Positions 26,299 through 36,619 of a DNA stretch of 64,000 nucleotides are shown piece after piece. Within the stretch, counting starts at the first letter, position 1. The number at the start of each line of letters is the position of its first letter. Position numbers and translations under genes: made by a program. The notes under the pieces were generated by a model. It ran no database searches. It was not told where the DNA came from and saw only the letters and a program-made list of their open reading frames with translations. The DNA is from Eubacteriales bacterium (GTDB lineage Bacteria > Bacillota > Clostridia > Oscillospirales > QAKW01), in assembly GCA_045541555.1 (NCBI GenBank), contig JAZQJH010000005.1, positions 752 through 64,751 of the forward strand, given 5' to 3'.

Positions 26299-28019
26299 TC
26301 AAGAAATTTTTATCCTACTACAAGCCCCATATGAAGCTCTTTTGGGCGGATATGTTCTTCGCCATTCTGAGCGCATCCACCACCCTGGTCATTCCCTTGA
26401 TGGTGCGGAAGATCACCGGGGATTTCGTCCTCCGTCCGGCGGAGGACGCCCTTCGGCTGATTTTGCTCTTTGCCATCGGGATGGTGGCGCTGATCGCCCT
26501 GGAGGCGTATTGCAATTATTTTACCGCCTATTACGGTCATATGATGGGCGCGCGGATGGAATACGGCATGCGCGCCGATCTTTTCCATCATTATCAAAAG
26601 CTTTCCTTTAGTTTTTACGACAATCAAAAAGTGGGTCAGCTGATGAGCCGCATCGGCAACGATCTTTTTGACATTGCGGAGCTTGCCCACCACGGACCGG
26701 AGGATCTCTTTATCTCTGCCATCAAGCTGATCGGTTCGCTGGTCATTATGATGGCGGTGAGCTGGAAGCTGGCGCTGGTGGCGCTTTTGATCCTGCCCCT
26801 CATGATCCTCTACGCCGGCAAGTGCAATAAGCGGATGCGCGCCGCCTTTAAAGAGAACCGGGTGCAGATGGGCAACTTCAATGCCGGGATGGAGGATAAT
26901 CTCTCCGGTATCCGGGTGGTGAAGTCCTTTGCCAACGAGGCGGAGGAGGGCAAGAAATTTAAGATCCTCAACGATAATCTGCTCGCCGCCAAGCGGTGCT
27001 CCTATCAGAATATGGGTATTTTCCATTCGGGACTGGGGGCGTTTACCACCTTTATCACTGTGGCGGTGCTGGTGGTAGGGGCGATCCTCATATCCTATGG
27101 GCAGCTCAACGCCACCGATCTCATTACCTTTGTCCTTTATATCAATAACTTCACTGAGCCGGTGCGCAAGCTCATTAATTTCACCGAGCAGTTCCAGAAC
27201 GGCGCTACCGCTTTCGGTCGGTTCCGGGAGATGATGGACGTGGAGGTGGAGATCCGGGATCTCCCCGGCGCGGTACAGCCGCCCCGGTTCAAGGGAGACG
27301 TGGAGTTCCAGGACGTTTCCTTCCACTATCCGGAGCACGAAAAGACCGTCCTTTCCCGGGTGACCCTCCAGGTGCAGGCCGGAGAATATATCGCCCTGGT
27401 GGGCGAGTCCGGCGCCGGCAAGAGCACCCTTTGCAACCTGATCCCCCGTTTTTACGAGGTGACCGACGGCGCCATCCTCATCGACGGCGAGGATATCCGC
27501 AACTATACCTTAAAAGGCTTGCGAGATCAGATCGGCGTGGTGCAACAGGACGTCTATCTCTTTGCCGGGACGGTGATGGAGAACATCCGCTACGGACGTC
27601 CCGATGCCACCGATGAGGAGATCATCGAGGCCGCCAAAAAGGCTAATGCCCATGAGTTTATCATGGCACTTCCCAACGGATATGAGACGGATATCGGTCA
27701 GCGCGGCGTCAAGCTCTCCGGCGGTCAGAAGCAGCGTCTTTCCATTGCCCGGGTGTTCCTTAAAAATCCGCCCATCCTCATTTTCGATGAGGCTACCTCT
27801 GCTCTCGATAACGAAAGTGAGCGGGTGGTGCAGGAGAGTCTGGAAAAGCTTGCCCAAAACCGTACCACCTTTGTCATTGCCCACCGTCTTTCTACTATCC
27901 GCAATGCGGAGCGGATCCTGGTGCTGACCGAAGAGGGGGTCGCCGAGCAGGGCAGTCACGAAGAGCTTCTCGCCAAAGGCGGCATCTATGCCGAACTTTA
28001 CAATATGCAATTCAATTAA
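26295..28019 (+). CDS. ABC exporter, fused permease/ATPase (MsbA-like)
   Basis: 6-TM N-terminal domain, Walker A GESGAGKST, signature LSGGQKQR and Walker B ILIFDEATSALD. Confidence 0.85.
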   Translation: MIKKFLSYYKPHMKLFWADMFFAILSASTTLVIPLMVRKITGDFVLRPAEDALRLILLFAIGMVALIALEAYCNYFTAYYGHMMGARMEYGMRADLFHHYQKLSFSFYDNQKVGQLMSRIGNDLFDIAELAHHGPEDLFISAIKLIGSLVIMMAVSWKLALVALLILPLMILYAGKCNKRMRAAFKENRVQMGNFNAGMEDNLSGIRVVKSFANEAEEGKKFKILNDNLLAAKRCSYQNMGIFHSGLGAFTTFITVAVLVVGAILISYGQLNATDLITFVLYINNFTEPVRKLINFTEQFQNGATAFGRFREMMDVEVEIRDLPGAVQPPRFKGDVEFQDVSFHYPEHEKTVLSRVTLQVQAGEYIALVGESGAGKSTLCNLIPRFYEVTDGAILIDGEDIRNYTLKGLRDQIGVVQQDVYLFAGTVMENIRYGRPDATDEEIIEAAKKANAHEFIMALPNGYETDIGQRGVKLSGGQKQRLSIARVFLKNPPILIFDEATSALDNESERVVQESLEKLAQNRTTFVIAHRLSTIRNAERILVLTEEGVAEQGSHEELLAKGGIYAELYNMQFN

Positions 28020-28045
28020 AAAAGCAACCCCATCCGGGGTTGCTT

Positions 28046-28378
28046 TTACTTTACTTGGAATAATTTAAAGGGTTTATTCTTCTTTTTGCAATTTTCAAGG
28101 ACGAACCGGGTGCCGCGGGACTGACCGTCCCAAAAGGCCAGCACCAGATCGCTATAGTCGATGATCTCCAAATTACGGAGGAGGGGGGCGCGCCGTCCGT
28201 GGGTCTCATAGTCCGGCAAAAACTCCGTCAGCTTCAGTCCTTTTTCCAATGCGTACCGCCGGGCACAGCGGTCGATGCCGATAGCACCGCCGGAGACGAT
28301 CTCAGTAGTCCCTTCCGGCAGATAGGGGGAAAAATCCCGACAGTTCAAGCCCCGGGATCCGATGATGGCAACCTTCAT
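28046..28378 (-). CDS. SLOG/DprA-like small protein (DUF2493-type)
   Basis: MKVAIIGSRG...IVSGGAIGIDR. ATG at 28378 with RBS AAGGAGGGG. Confidence 0.5.
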   Translation of the reverse strand: MKVAIIGSRGLNCRDFSPYLPEGTTEIVSGGAIGIDRCARRYALEKGLKLTEFLPDYETHGRRAPLLRNLEIIDYSDLVLAFWDGQSRGTRFVLENCKKKNKPFKLFQVK

Positions 28379-28478
28379 ATTTTTCCCCTCCTTGTATAAT
28401 ATCCGCAATATCGGCAAGCGTTGATATTAGCAGACGCTCTATGCGGATATTATAGCACAAATGTTCTAAAATGCAAGT

Positions 28479-29486
28479 CTAAAATAAGAGAAAAAGCTTC
28501 GTCAGCAGAAAGGCCAGTATGCCGCAGGCAGGGAAGGTCAGCAGCCAGGCGAGGAACATGGAGCCTGCGACCTTTTTATCAATACAGCCGTCGTCGCGGG
28601 CGACGGCGGCGCCCATCATGGCGCAGGTCTTTGCGTGGGTGGTGCTGACCGGGAGACCCTGGAGGGTGGAGAGGAACAGGCTTAAAGTTCCTGCTAAATC
28701 GGCGGCAAACCCCTCTTTTTGCTCGATGCGCACCATTTTGGCGCCCACCGTCCGGATGATCCGCCCGCCGCCCAAAAGCGTCCCCAGCCCCATAATAAGG
28801 CTGCAGAGCAACATCATCCAAAGGGGCATGGCGGCAGAGGATGCACCCCAAAAGCTGCCTGCCAAGAGAAGCATGGAGGCGAATTTTGGGGTATCTTGCA
28901 GACCATGGGCAAATGCCATCAGGGCGGCGGAGACCTGCTGACCCAGCCGCCAGACGCCGGGACGGAAGCGAAACTCCTGGAACCAACGGGAGAGGGTCCA
29001 GCCCATGAGAAAGCCGATCCCTACCGACACCACCAGTCCGATGGCGACGCGCATCAGCGCAGGAGAGGAGAGTCCCCCTTCTCCCAGCCCCAGGGCGGCG
29101 CCCATGATGCCTGCCATCAGTCCGTGGCTTTCGCTGGTGGGGATGCCGTAGCGCCAGGCGATCACCGCCCAGAGGATCACCGCGAGCAGTGCCGCCGCCA
29201 GAGCAGAGGCGCCGCGGCGGTCGGGCGAGAAATCGCCCAGATAATAGACGGTCTCCGCCACCTTTTTGCCGAGGATGAGGGCGGCGGAGCCGCCGAAGAT
29301 ATTCATGACCGTCGCCAACAGGACCCCCTGGCGCATGGTCATGGCGCCGGTGGAGACCCCGGACGCAATGGCGTTGGGGGCGTCGGTCCAGCCGTTGACA
29401 AAGAGAACCCCCAAGGTCACTAATACCAATAGCGCGCCCAAGGGGGTAGAAAATGCTCCGCAGAAAAAATCCAACATAAATAACAC
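28479..29486 (-). CDS. inorganic phosphate transporter, PiT family
   Basis: NGWTDAPNAIA and ..TTHA.. motifs, 335 aa, polytopic. Confidence 0.8.
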   Translation of the reverse strand: MLFMLDFFCGAFSTPLGALLVLVTLGVLFVNGWTDAPNAIASGVSTGAMTMRQGVLLATVMNIFGGSAALILGKKVAETVYYLGDFSPDRRGASALAAALLAVILWAVIAWRYGIPTSESHGLMAGIMGAALGLGEGGLSSPALMRVAIGLVVSVGIGFLMGWTLSRWFQEFRFRPGVWRLGQQVSAALMAFAHGLQDTPKFASMLLLAGSFWGASSAAMPLWMMLLCSLIMGLGTLLGGGRIIRTVGAKMVRIEQKEGFAADLAGTLSLFLSTLQGLPVSTTHAKTCAMMGAAVARDDGCIDKKVAGSMFLAWLLTFPACGILAFLLTKLFLLF

Positions 29487-29585
29487 CTCATCAAACTATA
29501 TGATGCGGTTGGACAAATTATGGAAATCTTGCGATTTTTTTCTTATAATATCATTATTTTGAGGTTGGGGTGATAACCGTAATCC

Positions 29586-30374
29586 TCAAGATTTCTTTTG
29601 AATTTTGGATAATGGGACGATCTCGTAGCCCTCGGCGCGGAGTCGGTCAATGAGTGTTCCTAAAATGGCGGCATTGGTCTGGGAGGTGGAGTGCAAGAGC
29701 AGGACGCAGCCGTCGTGCATTCGGCTCATGATCTTTTGGAGGGCGGCCTCCGTATCCGGCTGGTCCTCCTCCACCCAATCGTAATAAGCAAAGCTCCAGA
29801 AGACGGAGGTCAGCCCCAGCTGGCGGTTATAGTCCAGCGCCCGGGCGGAGAATTTACCGCAGGGGAAGCGAAAATAGCCGGAGGGTTGGATGCCGTAGCT
29901 TTGGAGGAGTTCGTCCCAGCCGTCGATCTGCTGGCGGTAGGCGGCAAGGTCGGTCAGCTTGGTCATATCCGCGTGGTTGAGAGTATGGTTGCCGATGGTA
30001 TGTCCCTCCGCCGCCATCCGCTGAACTAAGGCTTCGTTTTGCTTGAGAAAATTGCCGTCCAGGAAAAAGGTGGCGGAGACGTTTTTCTCCTTGAGGGCGT
30101 CTAAAATGGTGGCATGGGTGCCTTTGTCAAAGCCGGCATCAAAGGTGATGGCGACCTGCTTTTTGCCCTCCTCGCCGCAATAGAGCACCGAATAGTCGGT
30201 AAAATCAAACTCCTTGGTCACCTCCGGCTGGCGGTGCTCCTCATTGGGCTGAAAATACCAGTCGTAGGCTTGGGTGGAGGCGGTACTTCCACCGGCGCTC
30301 ATCATAAAAAGCATACTCACCAGCAAGAGTGGCACCGCTAAAAAAACGATCAGATCTTTTCCTTTTACCATCAT
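29586..30374 (-). CDS. pdaA: polysaccharide deacetylase (PdaA-like, spore-cortex delta-lactam type)
   Basis: WYFQPNEEHRQP, ITFDAG.. and GHTIGNHTLNHADM, with a signal anchor. Confidence 0.65.
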   Translation of the reverse strand: MMVKGKDLIVFLAVPLLLVSMLFMMSAGGSTASTQAYDWYFQPNEEHRQPEVTKEFDFTDYSVLYCGEEGKKQVAITFDAGFDKGTHATILDALKEKNVSATFFLDGNFLKQNEALVQRMAAEGHTIGNHTLNHADMTKLTDLAAYRQQIDGWDELLQSYGIQPSGYFRFPCGKFSARALDYNRQLGLTSVFWSFAYYDWVEEDQPDTEAALQKIMSRMHDGCVLLLHSTSQTNAAILGTLIDRLRAEGYEIVPLSKIQKKS

Positions 30375-30513
30375 TTATTTCTCCTTTTACTATATTGTTT
30401 GTATTTGATATAAAAAAATACGGAATTTTGGCAAAAATAGATATGGTAATTTGACGATGGTTTTGATATAATTTAAAATTGTGAAAAATTGTGTAAAAAA
30501 AGAAGGTTTTGGA

Positions 30514-32334
30514 ATGATCAGAGAAGATTTAAGAAATATCGCCATCATCGCCCACGTTGACCACGGTAAGACCACCTTGGTCGATGAGATGCTGAAGCAG
30601 GGCGGTGTTTTCCGGGATAACCAGGCGGTGGCAGACCGCGTCATGGACAGCAACGACCTGGAGCGGGAGCGCGGCATTACCATTTTGGCGAAGAATACCG
30701 CCGCCCATTGGAATGGCACCAAGATCAATATCGTGGACACGCCGGGACACGCCGATTTCAGCGGCGAGGTGGAGCGGATCCTCAAGATGGTAAACGGTGT
30801 TCTTTTGCTGGTGGATGCCTTTGAGGGTGCCATGCCCCAGACCCGTTTCGTCCTGGAAAAGGCGCTGGAGATGGGGCATCAGATCATCGTGGTGGTCAAT
30901 AAGGTGGATCGTCCCGACGCCCGTCCCTTAGAGGTCGTGGACGAAGTATTGGAGCTTTTGATCGAGCTGGGCGCCAGCGACGAGCAGTTGGACAGCCCCA
31001 TCCTCTTCTGCTCCGGCAGAGAGGGTACTGCTTCGCTGACCCCCGACCAAAAGGGCGTAGACCTTGCGCCTCTCTTTGATAAAATTCTGGAGCAGATCCC
31101 GGCTCCCGAGGGTGAAGTGGAGCAGCCGCTGCAGATGCTGGTCTCCTCCATCGACTATAACGACTTTGTGGGTCGGATCGGCATCGGTCGGGTAGAGCGC
31201 GGCGTCATTCATCAGAACGAAGAACTGGCGGTCTGCAACTACCATGAGCCGGGCATCGTCCGTAAGGGGCGCGTCCAGGCGCTTTTTGCCATCGAGGGGC
31301 TGAACCGGGTACCGGTGACCGAGGCTGAGGTGGGAGACATCGTCTGCTTCTCCGGTATTGAGAACGTCACCATCGGTGAGACCCTTTGCGCCGCCGATAC
31401 GCCGGAGCCGCTGCCCTTCGTCAAGATCAGCGAGCCGACCTTGGAAATGAATTTCATGGTCAATAACAGTCCCTTTGCCGGCCGCGAGGGTAAATTCGTC
31501 ACCTCTCGCCACATCCGTGATCGGCTGATGCGCGAGCTTTTGAAGGACGTCTCTCTTCGGGTGGAAGAGGGAGAGACCGCCGATACCTTTAAGGTGGCAG
31601 GCAGAGGTGAAATGCACCTCTCCATCCTTATCGAGACCATGCGCCGGGAGGGCTATGAGTTTGCGGTTTCCATGCCCCACGTTCTTTATAAAGAGATCGA
31701 CGGTGTGAAATGCGAGCCCATCGAGCACGTCTTTATCGACGTGCCGGAGGATTGCGTCGGTGCTGTGGTGGAGCGCCTTGGCTCCCGAAAGGGTGAGATG
31801 CTCTCCATGGAACCCAATGGAAGCCGGATGAAGCTGCAGTATTTAGTTCCTGCCCGGGGTCTGATCGGTTATAAGAGTGACTTTTTGACCGCTACCCGCG
31901 GTGAGGGTATTATGAATACCATTTTCCACGGCTATGAGCCTTATAAGGGCGAGATCCCCGGCCGTTCCACCGGTTCTCTCATTGCCTTTGAGACCGGCGA
32001 GGCGGTGACCTACGGTCTCTTTAACGCCCAGGAGCGCGGCGCGCTCTTTATTGAGCCGTCTACCCCCGTCTATGAGGGCATGATCGTCGGTATGAACCCC
32101 AAGGGGGATGATATTGCAGTCAACGTCTGCAAGCGCAAGCACGTCACCAATATGCGCGCCAGCGGCTCCGATGAGGCTCTGCGCCTCATTCCTCCCAAGA
32201 AGTTGAGCTTGGAGGAGTCCATCGAGTTTATCGCGCCCGATGAGCTGATCGAGGTGACCCCCACCAACATCCGCTTGAGAAAGCAGACCCTCAGCAATAC
32301 TCAGAGAATGAAAGAATTATCTAAATTAAAATAA
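30514..32334 (+). CDS. typA: translational GTPase TypA/BipA
   Basis: [25 protein letters not shown] and NKVDR motifs, about 606 aa. Confidence 0.9.
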   Translation: MIREDLRNIAIIAHVDHGKTTLVDEMLKQGGVFRDNQAVADRVMDSNDLERERGITILAKNTAAHWNGTKINIVDTPGHADFSGEVERILKMVNGVLLLVDAFEGAMPQTRFVLEKALEMGHQIIVVVNKVDRPDARPLEVVDEVLELLIELGASDEQLDSPILFCSGREGTASLTPDQKGVDLAPLFDKILEQIPAPEGEVEQPLQMLVSSIDYNDFVGRIGIGRVERGVIHQNEELAVCNYHEPGIVRKGRVQALFAIEGLNRVPVTEAEVGDIVCFSGIENVTIGETLCAADTPEPLPFVKISEPTLEMNFMVNNSPFAGREGKFVTSRHIRDRLMRELLKDVSLRVEEGETADTFKVAGRGEMHLSILIETMRREGYEFAVSMPHVLYKEIDGVKCEPIEHVFIDVPEDCVGAVVERLGSRKGEMLSMEPNGSRMKLQYLVPARGLIGYKSDFLTATRGEGIMNTIFHGYEPYKGEIPGRSTGSLIAFETGEAVTYGLFNAQERGALFIEPSTPVYEGMIVGMNPKGDDIAVNVCKRKHVTNMRASGSDEALRLIPPKKLSLEESIEFIAPDELIEVTPTNIRLRKQTLSNTQRMKELSKLK

Positions 32335-32380
32335 TGAAAAAAGAGGATCCGTTGATCCTCTTTTTTACAGGAGAATTTTT

Positions 32381-33757
32381 GTGTTTAAAAAATTGATTGG
32401 CGATAGAGCCTTTTATAAAAGACTTTTTGCCCTGATGCTCCCCATTTTGGTGCAGAATGGCATTACCAACTTTGTCAATATGCTGGATAACGTCATGATC
32501 GGTCGGGTGGGGACAGCGGAGATGACCGGCGTGGCGGTGACCAACCAGCTGATCTTCGTCTTTAACCTCTGCATCTTCGGTGCGGTGAGCGGTGCCGGCA
32601 TTTTCGGTGCCCAGTACTACGGTAAGGGCGATCATGAAGGGCTTCGGTATACCTTCCGTTTTAAATTGATGTTCTGCGTGCTTTTGGCGGTGCTGGGAAT
32701 TGGGGCGTTCGTCTTTTTGGGCGAGCCGCTTTTGAACCTTTATATGCAAGGCGACCAGGGGACCACCGATCCTTTGGCGACCTTGGGATTTGCCAAGGAC
32801 TATCTCACCGTCATGCTCTTTGGCTTAATTCCCTTTGCGGTGGTGCAGTGCTACTCCAGTACCCTCCGGGAGACCGGCAATCCCAATCTGCCGATGGTGG
32901 CAGGCTTGGTGGCGGTGCTGGTCAATCTGGTATTGAATGCCCTTTTGATCTTCGGTCTTTGCGGATTTCCTGCTTTGGGCGTCCGGGGTGCCGCGATCGC
33001 GACGGTGATCTCCCGGTTTGCGGAGTTGGCAGTCGTCATGCTGGCTACCCATTTGAATACAAAAAAATACCCCTTTATGAAAGGGGTATTACGCAGCCTG
33101 CACGTGCCTTTGGCGCTGGCAAAGCGGTTCTTTATTAAGGGCTTGCCGCTTCTCTTGAATGAGGCGCTTTGGGCGGCAGGGCTTGCCGTCGTCAACCAAA
33201 GCTATTCAGCCCGGGGCTTGGATGCTATGGGGGCGTTGAATATCTCCCAGACCTTCTGGAACGTCTTTGCCATCGCCTATATGGCGGTGGGGTCTTCCAT
33301 CGGTATCATCCTTGGGCAGATGCTGGGCGCCGGACAACTCAAGGAGGCCAAGCAGGACTGCCGTAAGATGATCGCCTTTTCCGCCTTCGTCTCGCTGGTG
33401 GTGGGAGTGCTTTACGTGGTTTTGGCGGAATTCATTCCGCTGGCCTATAATACCTCCCCGGAGATCCGCCATATGGCCACCCGGATGATGCAGATCTCGG
33501 CCATCGCTATGCCCTTTGATGCGGTGGTGCACGCTTCCTATTTCGCCATGCGATCCGGCGGTAAGATGGCGGTCACCGTCCTCTTTGATAACGGCTTTAT
33601 GTGGGGCGGTAACGTCTTGCTTTCCTTCCTGCTCAGCCGGTTTACCACTATTCCCATTTTGGGACTTTTCACCATTATCCAAAGCATTGCCCTCGTCAAG
33701 GCAGCCCTTGGAATCTATCTGGTGGAAAAAGGAAAATGGATCAAGAATATTACGTAA
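32381..33757 (+). CDS. MATE-family efflux transporter
   Basis: 458 aa with 12 TM segments. The N-terminus ..LMLPILVQNGITNFVNMLDNVMIGRVG fits MATE proteins. The terminator lies at 33759-33792. Confidence 0.8.
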   Translation: MFKKLIGDRAFYKRLFALMLPILVQNGITNFVNMLDNVMIGRVGTAEMTGVAVTNQLIFVFNLCIFGAVSGAGIFGAQYYGKGDHEGLRYTFRFKLMFCVLLAVLGIGAFVFLGEPLLNLYMQGDQGTTDPLATLGFAKDYLTVMLFGLIPFAVVQCYSSTLRETGNPNLPMVAGLVAVLVNLVLNALLIFGLCGFPALGVRGAAIATVISRFAELAVVMLATHLNTKKYPFMKGVLRSLHVPLALAKRFFIKGLPLLLNEALWAAGLAVVNQSYSARGLDAMGALNISQTFWNVFAIAYMAVGSSIGIILGQMLGAGQLKEAKQDCRKMIAFSAFVSLVVGVLYVVLAEFIPLAYNTSPEIRHMATRMMQISAIAMPFDAVVHASYFAMRSGGKMAVTVLFDNGFMWGGNVLLSFLLSRFTTIPILGLFTIIQSIALVKAALGIYLVEKGKWIKNIT

Positions 33758-33810
33758 AAAATGCGGTGTGCATCAGCACACCGCATTTTTTACCGGAGTA
33801 AAGACCGATC

Positions 33811-33970
33811 AAAAAGAGTGCAGATTTTGTCAATGCGACTGAAGGCGTATGTCGATACGCCGATAGGAGCATTGGCGGAAAGGAGAAAAATCAAAATCTG
33901 AAATCCGCTTTTGCGGATTTCTCCTATAAAAACTAAAAAAGGAAAGAGCAGAAACTCTTTCCTTTTTGTT
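33811..33970 (+). ncRNA. copy A of the repeated structured intergenic element
   Basis: Outer stem CAATGC (33831-33836) pairs with GCATTG (33869-33874). Inner hairpin GGCGTAT-GTCG-ATACGCC lies at 33844-33861. Hairpin AAATCCGC..GCGGATTT lies at 33901-33920. Hairpin GGAAAGAG..CTCTTTCC lies at 33941-33962. Confidence 0.5.
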
Positions 33971-34041
33971 TAACTTTTAAAATTGGCAGAAACCAAATGA
34001 TGAAATGTTATTTTCTCCGGTCTGTGCCTTTTTCATCGGTC

Positions 34042-34572
34042 TTAATAGTTGTAGCCCATTTCGAGAGCTTTGATATTCAGCTCCATCAGGTTGGCGCGCT
34101 TGGCGGAGACTACCTTTTTGAGGGCTTCGGTGATGTCGTCGAAGTTGACCAGTCCGGTCTCCTTGATCATCTTGCCCATCATGATCATATTGGCGAGGGT
34201 GGGAATGCCGGCATCCGCCGCCATCTTGGTGGCAGGGATATAGAAGGCATCTACGTCGCTGCGCTCGACCTTACGGCCGATCAAGGTACTATCCACGAAG
34301 ATCTTGCCGCCCTTGACGGTGGCTTCCTCGTATTTATCGAGAGAGGGCAGGTTCATGGCGATCAGCACGTCGGGGGTGGAGACGATGGGAGAGCCTACGG
34401 GATCATCGCTGAGGATGATGCTGCAGTTGGCGGTACCACCGCGCATTTCGGGACCGTAGGAGGGGAGCCAGCTGACTTCCTTTTGCTCCAGAAGACCCTT
34501 ATAAGCGATAAATTTACCGGCAAAGAGAACGCCCTGTCCGCCGAAACCGGCAATGAGAATTTGAGTTGTCAT
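34042..34572 (-). CDS. 2-oxoacid:ferredoxin oxidoreductase, gamma subunit
   Basis: The start is ILIAGFGGQGVLFAGK. 176 aa. Confidence 0.85.
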   Translation of the reverse strand: MTTQILIAGFGGQGVLFAGKFIAYKGLLEQKEVSWLPSYGPEMRGGTANCSIILSDDPVGSPIVSTPDVLIAMNLPSLDKYEEATVKGGKIFVDSTLIGRKVERSDVDAFYIPATKMAADAGIPTLANMIMMGKMIKETGLVNFDDITEALKKVVSAKRANLMELNIKALEMGYNY

Positions 34573-34575
34573 GGC

Positions 34576-35328
34576 TTATTTCTCCTCCTTTGCCCCGGAA
34601 CGGTCTTTATAAACGCCCAAAGGATAGTAAGGGATCATATTCTCGTCGATCCACTCCAAAGCCTTGGAGGGGGTCATACCCCAGTTGGTGGGGCAGGAAG
34701 AAACGACTTCAATAAGAGAGAAGCCTTTCCCCTCGATCTGGTTTTTGAAAGCCTTGAGGATCGCCTTCTTGGCGTTCTTGACGTTCTTCACGTTATTGAC
34801 TGCTACACGCTCGATGTACTCGGGGCCGTCCAGGGTGGAGAGCAGTTCGCTCACCTTGACGGGGTAGCCGGCGGTGGTGACGTCTCTGCCGTAGGGGGAG
34901 GTCTGGGTCACCTGCCCGGGCAGGGAGGTGGGCGCCATCTGACCGCCGGTCATGCCGTAGATGGCATTATTGACAAAGATGATGGTGATGTTTTCATTTC
35001 GGGTAGCGGCGTGAACCGTCTCGGCCATACCGATGGAGGCTAAGTCGCCGTCGCCCTGATAAGTAAAGATGACGTTCTCCGGCATACAACGCTTGAGACC
35101 GGTAGCGACTGCGGGGGCGCGGCCGTGAGCGGCCTCGACCATATCGCAGGCAAAGTAATCATAAGCCATAACGGCGCAACCAACCGGTGCAACACCGACG
35201 GTCTTGCCCACGACGCCCAGTTCATCCAGCGCCTCAGCGACCAAGCGGTGAATGATACCGTGGGTACAGCCGGGGCAATAATGGAGGGGAGCATCGGTCA
35301 ATGCTTTAGGTTTTTCAAATACGACCAT
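34576..35328 (-). CDS. 2-oxoacid:ferredoxin oxidoreductase, beta (TPP-binding) subunit
   Basis: YCPGCTHG and GDGD..IG motifs. 250 aa. Confidence 0.85.
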   Translation of the reverse strand: MVVFEKPKALTDAPLHYCPGCTHGIIHRLVAEALDELGVVGKTVGVAPVGCAVMAYDYFACDMVEAAHGRAPAVATGLKRCMPENVIFTYQGDGDLASIGMAETVHAATRNENITIIFVNNAIYGMTGGQMAPTSLPGQVTQTSPYGRDVTTAGYPVKVSELLSTLDGPEYIERVAVNNVKNVKNAKKAILKAFKNQIEGKGFSLIEVVSSCPTNWGMTPSKALEWIDENMIPYYPLGVYKDRSGAKEEK

Positions 35329-36389
35329 TATTGATTCTCCTTTGCAAGTTTTTCAATGGACTCCAGCACCTCTTCGGGGGTGGGAATCATACCGCCGACA
35401 CGGCAGCACAGCTCCACGGGCTTTTTGCAGCCGGTGGAAAGCTTGACGTCTTCGATCATCTGACCCATGGAAAGCTCCACAGAGAGGAATGCCTTGCATT
35501 GGTCAGCAGCCTTCGCCAGAACGTCCTTGGGGAAGGGCCAGAGGGTGATGGGACGGATCAGACCTACCTTGATGCCTGCCTTGCGGGCGGCGACCACAGC
35601 GTTTTTGGAAACGCGGGCGGCGATACCGAAGGCGACGACGCAGTACTCTGCATCCTCCATCATGAACTCTTCATACAGAACTTCGTTTTCCTCGATGGTC
35701 TTATACCGTTCGAAACGCTCGAAGTTGGTCTCTTCCAGAATTTCGGGCTTTAAGTAGAGAGAGTTGATGATATTATGCTTGCGCTCTTCCTTGGTGCCGC
35801 GCACTGCCCAGGGCTTCTCCACTTCTACGGGAGGAGTGTCCGGCAGTTCTACCGGCTCCATCATCTGACCCATGGTACCGTCGGCCAGCAGCATGGCAGG
35901 GACGCGGTATTTATCGGAAAGATCAAAGGCCTTGATGGTGAGGTCTGCCATTTCCTGAACGGAGGCAGGTGCCAGGACGATCAGGTGATAGTCGCCGTGA
36001 CCGCCGCCCTTGGTAGCCTGGAAATAGTCGGACTGGGAGGGCTGAATGCCACCCAAGCCCGGACCGCCACGCTGGACGTTAACGATCAGCGCCGGCAGAT
36101 CTGCACCGGCGATATAGGAGATACCCTCCTGCTTCAGGGAAACGCCGGGGCTGGAGGAAGAGGTCATAACACGGAAGCCGGCACCGGCAACGCCGTAGAC
36201 CATATTGATGGCTGCCACTTCACTCTCGGCCTGCAGGAAGGTGCCGCCGATCTTGGGCATCCGCTTGGCCATATAGGCCGCGATCTCTGTCTGGGGAGTG
36301 ATGGGATAACCGAAGTAATGGCGGCAGCCTGCCTTGATGGCGGCTTCTGCAATCGCTTCGTTACCTTTCATAAGTACTTTTTCTGCCAT
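35328..36389 (-). CDS. 2-oxoacid:ferredoxin oxidoreductase, alpha subunit
   Basis: MAEKVLMKGNEAIAEAAIKAGCRHYFGYPITPQTEI. ATG at 36389 with RBS GAGGTG. Confidence 0.85.
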   Translation of the reverse strand: MAEKVLMKGNEAIAEAAIKAGCRHYFGYPITPQTEIAAYMAKRMPKIGGTFLQAESEVAAINMVYGVAGAGFRVMTSSSSPGVSLKQEGISYIAGADLPALIVNVQRGGPGLGGIQPSQSDYFQATKGGGHGDYHLIVLAPASVQEMADLTIKAFDLSDKYRVPAMLLADGTMGQMMEPVELPDTPPVEVEKPWAVRGTKEERKHNIINSLYLKPEILEETNFERFERYKTIEENEVLYEEFMMEDAEYCVVAFGIAARVSKNAVVAARKAGIKVGLIRPITLWPFPKDVLAKAADQCKAFLSVELSMGQMIEDVKLSTGCKKPVELCCRVGGMIPTPEEVLESIEKLAKENQ

Positions 36390-36399
36390 TTTGAGCACC

Positions 36400-36606
36400 T
36401 CACTTCTCCACGGTGATCACGCAGTCGGGGCACATGGTGGCGCAGAATGCGCAGCCGATGCAGGCCGCCTGGTCGGTGATCACTGCGGGGGAATGTCCTT
36501 TCGCATTGATTTTGTCCTTGGCGATGGCGAGGATCTTCTTGGGGCAGGCGTCCACGCAGAGGGAGCAGCCTTTGCAAAGATCTTCGTTGAAGGTTACTTT
36601 TGCCAT
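36400..36606 (-). CDS. 2-oxoacid:ferredoxin oxidoreductase, delta (2x[4Fe-4S] ferredoxin) subunit
   Basis: 68 aa with CKGCSLCVDACP and CIGCAFCATMCP. ATG at 36606. Confidence 0.85.
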   Translation of the reverse strand: MAKVTFNEDLCKGCSLCVDACPKKILAIAKDKINAKGHSPAVITDQAACIGCAFCATMCPDCVITVEK

Positions 36607-36619
36607 AAGAATTTCTCCT

